64,000 nt of DNA from a virus. Its lineage: Duplodnaviria > Caudoviricetes. This document shows positions 57,017-64,000 of this stretch, in pieces; within the stretch, counting starts at the first letter, position 1; each line of letters begins with the position of its first letter. Made by a program: the position numbers and the translations under genes. The stretch is from IMG/VR virus record IMGVR_UViG_2912838376_000002, positions 32,001-96,000 of that record. One strand, 5' to 3'. Under the pieces are notes generated by a model. The model was not told the origin of the DNA. It saw only the letters and a list, made by a program, of their open reading frames with translations, and did no database searches.

Positions 57017-57698
57017 AACCTTTACCTCGAACTGTTTTGATTATGTCGATACCGATTGAGTTTCTCAATCTTCGAATATTTACTTCTAAGGTGTTTGTTT
57101 CTTGTAATTCTGAAGGATCATATCCCCAGATATTCTTGTACAATTCTTCCTTAGAAATAATTTTACCTTTGTGAGTAATAAAGTATTGCAGTAGCTCAAA
57201 AAGTTGATTTGTTAAATGAACTTGTTTACCATCAACAGTTACCTTATGCGTTAATAAATTAATTTCAATATTTCCGCATTGTGTAACTCCACCATTTGAA
57301 GATTCCTTGATACTAGTTCGTCGTAAGACTGTTCGAATTCTTGCTAAAAGAACCGTTAAATCATATGGTTTTGTAATATAATCTTCCGCTCCCATATCTA
57401 AACCTTGCATAATGTCTAGTGGTTCGTTTCTTGACGTTAGAAGAAGGTATGGGACGGTTTTGTTTTGATTTACCAACCTTGCAACCTCAAGACCATTTGA
57501 AATACGAGAATTTAATCCGGCTACAGTTTGTTTTAACATGACATCTAATATCATTAAATGATAGTTATTTGACAGTGCAGCATTAACAGCTTCAACACCC
57601 GTAGTAAACCAATCCACATCGTAATTTTCGCTTTTTAAAATCATTTCAAGTGTGCTACCAATTTCATATTCATCTTCCAGTAATAATATTTTATACAA
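56991..57698 (-). CDS. OmpR/PhoB family response regulator
   Basis: LLEDE, ILDVML, GAEDYITKP, winged helix with TVRGKGY. Confidence 0.92.
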   Translation of the reverse strand: MYKILLLEDEYEIGSTLEMILKSENYDVDWFTTGVEAVNAALSNNYHLMILDVMLKQTVAGLNSRISNGLEVARLVNQNKTVPYLLLTSRNEPLDIMQGLDMGAEDYITKPYDLTVLLARIRTVLRRTSIKESSNGGVTQCGNIEINLLTHKVTVDGKQVHLTNQLFELLQYFITHKGKIISKEELYKNIWGYDPSELQETNTLEVNIRRLRNSIGIDIIKTVRGKGYVLEIFNS

Positions 57699-57773
57699 AT
57701 TTATTACCTCCTACAGGATTTTCGTGTGCAAAGTATTTTAGCGCAACATGAATAATCCTGCAAGAAGAATAAA

Positions 57774-58721
57774 CTAAATGGTAGTCGAATCTAATTTTCC
57801 ATAAGTTTTCTTTTTATATGTAATGCAATCAATCTCTGTAAAAGATACTTCGTTATCATATCGTCCAACCTTGTATGTACTATCCCAAAGTCTAACGTTG
57901 TTTTCAACTCTTATAGTTGTCCCATCTTTTTTAGTAACATTTACAGTAACCGCACTAGATAAATCTTCTTTTAGAATACGGAATAGTTCTATGTTTCGCT
58001 TCATATCTTCGCTTTTGTCGTACTCGTCAAATTTCTGTTCAACAAACTCAAGAACCTCTGCGTATTTGTCTATATTTATATTCTGCAAACCATCTTTTAT
58101 AATATCTTCTCCACGGATATATTTAATCATGTATTTCAATTTTCCATTGTTATTGAAAGTTTTAACTAGTTCTGTATTCCTACTAATGAAATCAATAGGT
58201 TTCTTTCCATTCACATACCAATCGAAAACTGAACTTTCATAATCATACCCCTCGCCAGGTTCAATACCTATCATTCTCTTCATTGCAACTGCTTCTTTTA
58301 ACGCTTTCTGAAGATGCTCCTCCATCTCCATAACTAATTCTTCTGCAATATATATCTTCATATCTTCAACCAATGGACTAAGTTCTTTTGAACGATAATC
58401 AGAAGAAAATATAATAACATCCTTATCTACCAGGTAAACACCATCAACTTCTAAATGATTATTAAATCTGCCAAAGCTATTAGCTGTGTAAATATCCTTA
58501 TTGTATCTGATGATAACAAACGGAATTACTTTAGCATCTTTTACAGCTAGCTTTAAGATTGCCACTTCCTCAAACCTATCAGATGAGTATGTTGATGCAA
58601 CCTGACATTCCCATACAGACTCTTTATCTTTTGTAACAAAGGCCCTGAAATTTTGTTCAGTAAATATAGGATACAATGATTTCTCTTTTAATGCCTTACT
58701 CATTTTTTCCACCTCATCCAT
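57774..58721 (-). CDS. Hypothetical protein
   Basis: 315-aa ORF. Confidence 0.7.
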   Translation of the reverse strand: MDEVEKMSKALKEKSLYPIFTEQNFRAFVTKDKESVWECQVASTYSSDRFEEVAILKLAVKDAKVIPFVIIRYNKDIYTANSFGRFNNHLEVDGVYLVDKDVIIFSSDYRSKELSPLVEDMKIYIAEELVMEMEEHLQKALKEAVAMKRMIGIEPGEGYDYESSVFDWYVNGKKPIDFISRNTELVKTFNNNGKLKYMIKYIRGEDIIKDGLQNINIDKYAEVLEFVEQKFDEYDKSEDMKRNIELFRILKEDLSSAVTVNVTKKDGTTIRVENNVRLWDSTYKVGRYDNEVSFTEIDCITYKKKTYGKLDSTTI

Positions 58722-58764
58722 AATTTTTATAATACAAAAAAAGAGAGGGTGTTAACCCTCTCCT

Positions 58765-59313
58765 TTACTTAGCGATGAATCGCTGAACTTTAATTACGTT
58801 TTTCATTTCAATACGTGGCGTTACGCCTTGAATATAATCCGGATTAAATCCGATCCAATCTTGATCTGCTTTTTTTAACCAATCAAAATCAAAGATATTA
58901 GACCATGTAGCTATCATTTGTTCTTCAGAATAACCTTCTTCCTCTAATCGGTTATCCTCTTCTTCTGTTTGAGTTAAGATCCATTTATTTAAAACATAAT
59001 GCCAAGAATCGAAACACGACCAAAGGATATATTTCTCTGGTATATCCATTGTAAGAATAACACCCTTTTGACCAGTAGGTAATAAAGCAGGTCTGTTTCT
59101 GTCAGGCATCTTATTCCATAACCAAACAGGATAAGTAGAACCATCACAATCAGGAATTCTTTCCTTCATTTGCTCCATCATCCATGCATATGCAGATTTG
59201 AATTCTGGCCATACATGTTCTTCACTTCCAGAATAAAAACCATCTTTTCTCATTTGTTGATAAATGTGCAGCGGTTGCACTGTATATACTATCAAATAAG
59301 CACTTCCAATCAT
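58765..59313 (-). CDS. DUF3841-like protein
   Basis: AYAWMMEQM...YPVWLW...WHYVLN...IQG. Confidence 0.65.
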   Translation of the reverse strand: MIGSAYLIVYTVQPLHIYQQMRKDGFYSGSEEHVWPEFKSAYAWMMEQMKERIPDCDGSTYPVWLWNKMPDRNRPALLPTGQKGVILTMDIPEKYILWSCFDSWHYVLNKWILTQTEEEDNRLEEEGYSEEQMIATWSNIFDFDWLKKADQDWIGFNPDYIQGVTPRIEMKNVIKVQRFIAK

Positions 59314-59378
59314 GAAAAATTATCTTCCTATTATAATATAGGAAAAAACAAAAGCCCATCTTTTTGGATGGGCCATTT

Positions 59379-61166
59379 TTATGCAGCTTTTGAAACAGGT
59401 TTCTTTTTAATAGAAGCAATCAATCCGTTCATCATACTTCGTTCAGATTGATTTCGTTCAATAACTGCTACACCAAGCTTACGTTTTTCCTCTAATGTAT
59501 CTTGGATTTTTTCATCAATTGTGCCTAGTGTTACTAAACTAATAATATCAACTACATTATGTGTAGAACCAATACGGTGTACACGCCCCGCTCTTTGTTC
59601 AAAGGTAGCTGGATTCCAAGGAGAATCATAGTTGACAAGCGTGTTAGCGAATTGGATATTCAAACCGTAGTTCCCCGCATCTGTTAACACAAAGAATTTG
59701 TACTCAGGATTTGTCCTAAACGTTTCTAGCTGTTCTTGTCGTTGAGCAGAGGACATTGATCCATTTAGTAACGCTACTTTGCCTAAGTTACTCAGCTCTT
59801 GCTCTATAAGGGTTTGCATTTTAGCAAATTGAGTAAAGATGACAATTTTATTTATGCCTGCTTCCATACGTTCTTTACATATATCCACAAGCTCAGTTAG
59901 TTTTGGAGACTTAACGTTTTCCGGAATATATTCTAGATAATGCTTAGACATACCACTCTGCCCCATTAGTAATAAAGCAGGATGATCTGATGAAGCAACC
60001 ATCATATATAAGTACCCTAATACTTGATCTTCCTTCTTGCGTTTCTCTTCAACCCAATTGCCTTCTTGGTCATATTGGCCATCCACTTGCTGGGAAGACA
60101 ACTCTTCTAATAGAGTTAGAAAATCTTCCTGAATCTTGTTGTATAGATTAGCTTGAGCGTTATTCATTTCAACATCTCGACGATGGAAAATCATTGGTGG
60201 TAAATCTTTTGCAACGTCTTTCTTTAATCGACGTAACATGTAAGGAGAAATAATACGACGAAGTTCACCCAATCGCTTGTTTCCAATCGGAACAAAACGA
60301 CGACCAAACTTAGAAGCATAAACAATGTATTTCTTTCTGAATTCGGTAACCTTACCTAATAACCCTGGCTGCACCCATTCAACTAAAGCATATAGTTCTT
60401 CTACATTATTCTGAAGTGGTGTACCAGTACTTGCGAATCGGTATGTAGAAGGTAATGAATTAACAGCTTTATAGGTAATTGAGCCTCTATTTTTTAATCG
60501 ATGCGCTTCATCAGCAATAATTACATCATAATGGAATTCCTTCATCATATCGCTCATGCTACGGACTAATTCATAATTGACGATACCGAATAAGTAGTCA
60601 CCATTAATGAATTTAAGAAAGGCTTTGTTCTTCTCTTTTGTATTTTTCCCATCAATAACAATGTTGGTATGTCCAAGAAACTTTTCAATTTCTGAAGACC
60701 ACTGATACTTCAATGAAGACGGACAAATAACGAGAACCTTTTTTACTTTCCCTTGCTTCCACAACATGTGAGCAGCACCCATTGTTTGCACCGTTTTCCC
60801 TAATCCCATATCATCTCCTATAATACCGCTTTTGACATGAGTTAAGAATGAGATACCTTGCTGCTGAAACTCATAGGGTTGTAATTTAAAATCTGAGAAA
60901 TCATCTAACATAGGGAACTCAGGAAGTAAAACTTCTTGAATCCCCTTAATACTTTCAATAGTTGTGTGCCAAGCGGTTATATCCTCGTAGCGTTCAACAA
61001 AGGCGTCTACATGACGTTTTGGAACCATCCACTTATAATCCTGCTCAATATAATATGCACCCGGTAGTGACCTCATGAAGTCCGTATATTCGCGGAACAT
61101 TTGAGTAGATAGTTTCGTTTCAATACGAATGTCTAATTGGTCACCCTGTAAACGGAGTGAAAACAA
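59379..61166 (-). CDS. SNF2-family helicase
   Basis: DDMGLGKT, DEAH, TGTPLQN, MLRRLK, QRAGRVHRIG. Confidence 0.92.
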   Translation of the reverse strand: MFSLRLQGDQLDIRIETKLSTQMFREYTDFMRSLPGAYYIEQDYKWMVPKRHVDAFVERYEDITAWHTTIESIKGIQEVLLPEFPMLDDFSDFKLQPYEFQQQGISFLTHVKSGIIGDDMGLGKTVQTMGAAHMLWKQGKVKKVLVICPSSLKYQWSSEIEKFLGHTNIVIDGKNTKEKNKAFLKFINGDYLFGIVNYELVRSMSDMMKEFHYDVIIADEAHRLKNRGSITYKAVNSLPSTYRFASTGTPLQNNVEELYALVEWVQPGLLGKVTEFRKKYIVYASKFGRRFVPIGNKRLGELRRIISPYMLRRLKKDVAKDLPPMIFHRRDVEMNNAQANLYNKIQEDFLTLLEELSSQQVDGQYDQEGNWVEEKRKKEDQVLGYLYMMVASSDHPALLLMGQSGMSKHYLEYIPENVKSPKLTELVDICKERMEAGINKIVIFTQFAKMQTLIEQELSNLGKVALLNGSMSSAQRQEQLETFRTNPEYKFFVLTDAGNYGLNIQFANTLVNYDSPWNPATFEQRAGRVHRIGSTHNVVDIISLVTLGTIDEKIQDTLEEKRKLGVAVIERNQSERSMMNGLIASIKKKPVSKAA

Positions 61167-61190
61167 TAGCGGGACCCTCCTATTCGATTG

Positions 61191-61982
61191 TTAGTTAAGA
61201 AACTCTATCTTTATATCTCTTCTTCCGAAGTCATACATTCGGTCTGCATCTGTCATGTAAATATCCACTATGTTGCCTTTGATAGCCCCACCACGGTCTT
61301 CTACTGTGTAGATACCGTTGATAGATGGATAAGATTCACACGTGATTCTTACTTTTGTACCAAATGGAACTGAACGGTCCATAGCGATCATACCCGGTTG
61401 TACTTTTTTACCTGAAGCAGTAAGACCTGTTACTCCTGGTTCATTTATCATATAAGCAGTACCAACACCCATAATTGTTTTAGAAACACCAGCATTATCA
61501 CCAGTATCCTTTGCAGGAGCTGGGGTTGGAGCAGCGCTAGGAGTTGGATTAGAAACCGAAGTAGGTTTCACGTTGTCTGATTTTGGCTTATCAGACTTTA
61601 CTGGCCTGGCAGACTCCTTCGCTTCGCGTACTTGCTTAGCTAGTTCTGCATTCTCTGCTTGAAGTTTTTGATTATCTTCTAGAGACTTTTGCTTTTCTTG
61701 CTCAATAGCTTCCTTGCTATGTTTTAGTTCTTCCAGTTCAACTGAAAGCTGTTCTGTAGCAGATTGAATTTGCTTCTTCTGCTCTTCTAGCGTTTTGTTG
61801 TTTTCTTTAGCGGTTTTCAATTCTTGGACAGTTTGGTTGTGATTTTTTTCTAAGGCTGTTACTTCTTTGTTTAGTTCTTGAATCTCGTGAAATTGAAATC
61901 CTACGCCGCTAGCCACTACGATCGCTGCTGTTGCTTTCAAACAGTTTTGTATTACTTTGCCCTTTGTGATTTTTTGTTTCAT
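61191..61982 (-). CDS. Exported coiled-coil protein with 3D (MltA-like) cell-wall domain
   Basis: TAY...TASG...IAMD...PFGT...EDRGGAIKGNIVDIY; Pro-rich linker. Confidence 0.85.
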   Translation of the reverse strand: MKQKITKGKVIQNCLKATAAIVVASGVGFQFHEIQELNKEVTALEKNHNQTVQELKTAKENNKTLEEQKKQIQSATEQLSVELEELKHSKEAIEQEKQKSLEDNQKLQAENAELAKQVREAKESARPVKSDKPKSDNVKPTSVSNPTPSAAPTPAPAKDTGDNAGVSKTIMGVGTAYMINEPGVTGLTASGKKVQPGMIAMDRSVPFGTKVRITCESYPSINGIYTVEDRGGAIKGNIVDIYMTDADRMYDFGRRDIKIEFLN

Positions 61983-62110
61983 GTTGAATCAAATCCTCTC
62001 ATCGTTGTATTTCTGCTGTAACATGAGTGAGAAGATTACTAGTTTATTGGTATGGAGAAATAAAAAAAGAGCCCTCTAAAAAAGATTGGACTCTTTATAT
62101 ATTGGCTTTC

Positions 62111-62365
62111 TTATTCTTTTACTTCAGGAAATTCTTTTTTTTCGAACCATTGGTGACGACAAGCACGCTTTAAGCATGTGTACTTAATTCTTGTCTTCCA
62201 CTCATCTTTATAAGCACGAGGGTTTTGGCACTCAGGGCATGTATTCTCGACGTAACGATCTTTGTATGTATTACCCTTGGTCTTGTGTCCTCTTGATTGT
62301 GCATTGTATGATACGATTTGTTTGTTCTCCATATAAACTACCTCACCTCTACGCAATGTTTGCAA
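62111..62365 (-). CDS. Zn-ribbon protein
   Basis: CPEC...C...C; probable start MENKQ after RBS GAGGT. Confidence 0.6.
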   Translation of the reverse strand: MQTLRRGEVVYMENKQIVSYNAQSRGHKTKGNTYKDRYVENTCPECQNPRAYKDEWKTRIKYTCLKRACRHQWFEKKEFPEVKE

Positions 62366-62470
62366 CAGTTGTTTCTACCTTAAAAACCATTTAAATTACA
62401 ATATAAAATGTCCAAGTAGAAACATAAGCACTTACACATCGATTTGGCAAGTGCTTATTGTTATCTATTT

Positions 62471-63064
62471 TTATTTTTTCTTGTTGTAGTGTTCTAAAAG
62501 GTCGTAGAGAAGTGACAAACGCTTTTCTTCGAAGATTTGCGTGAGTTTGAAGTCGTTCTTAACTGCTTCTACATGGTCGATGTCTCCAGCAACTAAGTGC
62601 TCGATATCTTCCATAATTGTAACTAGTTCTTTGTGAGCAGTCCCAAATTTCTCTTCAAAATCTTTTGCAAAAAGAATAGGGAATGAAGCATAGATACGAT
62701 TAAATTCATTTATCATATGACGATGAATATATAACATATACTCCTTCATTTTTCGAATCTCTTGTAAGCCGATAGATACGGCTCTGGATTCTTGTTCTCT
62801 ATTAATAGGAGGTAAAGGCACTCTTCCTGCAAATTGCTCCCACTGTTCATCCCCAATAGAAAGAGGAATATAGTTCTCAGCTGCTTTCTCCGCTTCTTCA
62901 TGAGAAAGTGTGTTGTTCTCTTCTTCCCCGAATAGAACATCTTCTAATTTATTTTCTGGTTGATGGACTACAGCATCAGGCTCTTTCTTGTTACCGTCTA
63001 ATAGTCCACCAAAAGTTTCTTGAAATACATCTAATTTTTTTTCTGATTTTTCATTGTTTGACAT
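62471..63064 (-). CDS. Hypothetical protein
   Basis: RBS GGGAG. Confidence 0.7.
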   Translation of the reverse strand: MSNNEKSEKKLDVFQETFGGLLDGNKKEPDAVVHQPENKLEDVLFGEEENNTLSHEEAEKAAENYIPLSIGDEQWEQFAGRVPLPPINREQESRAVSIGLQEIRKMKEYMLYIHRHMINEFNRIYASFPILFAKDFEEKFGTAHKELVTIMEDIEHLVAGDIDHVEAVKNDFKLTQIFEEKRLSLLYDLLEHYNKKK

Positions 63065-63069
63065 TGTGT

Positions 63070-63261
63070 TTACTCCCTTATTATATGAATGAGTTTATTG
63101 CAATTTGAACATGTATAACGGATCTCGTTTTTTTCAGGGAGCTCATTAAAACCTACTACTTTTTTAGCCGAATCTTTTTCATAGTTTGCAAGAACGTAAA
63201 TCTCTTTTTTTAGATACGCACTATCACATTCGCACCTTGTAAATTCTTCGTGAAATCTCAT
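63070..63261 (-). CDS. Zn-ribbon protein
   Basis: CEC...CSNC. Confidence 0.6.
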   Translation of the reverse strand: MRFHEEFTRCECDSAYLKKEIYVLANYEKDSAKKVVGFNELPEKNEIRYTCSNCNKLIHIIRE

Positions 63262-63404
63262 TTTAAAACCCTTCCTTGCATATCTTTGCTGACTGATGTT
63301 AATTCTGACATATTCATCAATAATATACCAATTAAAATAGAATTAACGTTGGATGACATTTTATTTATTTACATATAAGTCTGATTATTCACTCATATAT
63401 AAAC

Positions 63405-63445
63405 AAAAAAAGAAAGCTGAAATCATATAGATTAGAGCTTTCTTA
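63405..63445 (-). terminator. Terminator after the peptide gene
   Basis: GAAAGCT...AGCTTTC followed by a T tract on the minus strand. Confidence 0.7.
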
Positions 63446-63450
63446 ATTAA

Positions 63451-63612
63451 TTACTCCCACCACCAAGAGATACCGCTTGTAAGTGCTTCTGCTTCTTGTG
63501 TGTAAGTAGTAGTATCTGTCTTCACAACTGACTCATTAAAATCGGCCGTAAATGTAAGGATCATCGCTAAAGCTGCAGTTGTTGAAAGACATACAATTAT
63601 TTTCTTAAGCAT
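63451..63612 (-). CDS. Secreted 53-aa pro-peptide, candidate signalling peptide (not in the ORF track)
   Basis: MLKKIIVCLSTTAALAMILTFTADFNESVVKTDTTTYTQEAEALTSGISWWWE; RBS GGAGGT; terminator follows. Confidence 0.7.
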   Translation of the reverse strand: MLKKIIVCLSTTAALAMILTFTADFNESVVKTDTTTYTQEAEALTSGISWWWE

Positions 63613-64000
63613 CGGTTTTTACCTCCGTAATTTTTTTGGTATATTTTATTTCTGTCTCTGTTTTTTCTTTTCTTATCGCAAATACTAGAAGGATCATAAA
63701 TAATAGAGAAGAGCTAATAGCTAAAAATGTTAGATTTAAATCAAGACCTCTTACATGCGACATGAAAAATGACGCGGGCAAATAGACTGCTCCAAAAAGA
63801 GAAATTGCTATTACGAAATGCTTTTCTCGTTTAAAACGTATTTTTTCAAAATCAAAGTTGAAAGTCCAATCTTGAGAATAAAGAATGAATGCCATTACAC
63901 CATAGGTAAAACCAGAGATGATATCCATTGCGTAATTTCTCCAAATATGAGCCTTTAACTCAAGAGGGCTGAAGAATCCAAATGAGCAATATATAATTGC
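63605..64000 (-). CDS. Polytopic membrane protein, 5'-truncated by the window edge
   Basis: Frame is open to 64000; several TM segments; stop overlaps the peptide gene. Confidence 0.7.
   Translation of the reverse strand, partial: AIIYCSFGFFSPLELKAHIWRNYAMDIISGFTYGVMAFILYSQDWTFNFDFEKIRFKREKHFVIAISLFGAVYLPASFFMSHVRGLDLNLTFLAISSSLLFMILLVFAIRKEKTETEIKYTKKITEVKTDA

Noticed and set aside
191-63108. Many antisense or overlapping ORFs in the track (e.g. 191-478, 20979-21299, 34356-34751, 57823-58242, 45846-46103)
   Set aside because: Shadows of well-supported genes or lacking an RBS and motifs.
1-64000. tRNA/rRNA genes, IS elements, long tandem repeats
   Set aside because: None recognised by eye; tRNAscan and Infernal were not run, so small RNAs could have been missed.

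Overview
An AT-rich, Bacillus-type 64-kb segment, with SigA-like promoters, GGAGG RBSs and LexA/DinR-type boxes. It looks like part of a large temperate phage or plasmid-prophage of the B. cereus group; this assignment is inferred from gene content and was not checked by a database search. The first 3.3 kb is the end of a + strand virion-like gene block. After a convergent terminator near 5.1 kb most genes are on the - strand. Modules: (i) toxin/competition cargo (secreted bacteriocin-like protein with membrane partner, RelE-like pair, GNAT pair, WXG100-HNH effector with SMI1/KNR4 immunity); (ii) a probable replication-terminus kit (dif-like site, Xer-type recombinase, RTP with an upstream Ter-like site); (iii) nucleotide metabolism (nrdIEF with frameshifted nrdF, thioredoxin, NupC, dNK, NDT, MazG-like); (iv) TerC/TerD/TerD, Sir2, DHH; (v) a Prs-like + Nampt-like pair matching the NARP1 NAD-reconstitution anti-defence pathway, plus an Apyc1-like MBL hydrolase and a small alarmone hydrolase; (vi) replication/recombination genes (DnaB-like helicase, prim-pol, two Cas4/RecB-like nucleases, RuvC-like resolvase, SNF2 helicase, sigma-like factor, BRO antirepressor); (vii) a response regulator with two tandem histidine kinases. 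Hidden features missed by the ORF track: an ArfA-like 49-aa ORF, a secreted Trp-rich 53-aa pro-peptide coupled to a membrane protein, two terminator-bounded candidate sRNAs carrying anti-Shine-Dalgarno sequences complementary to RBSs in this window, and a conserved fixed-spacing promoter motif at 5-6 sites.
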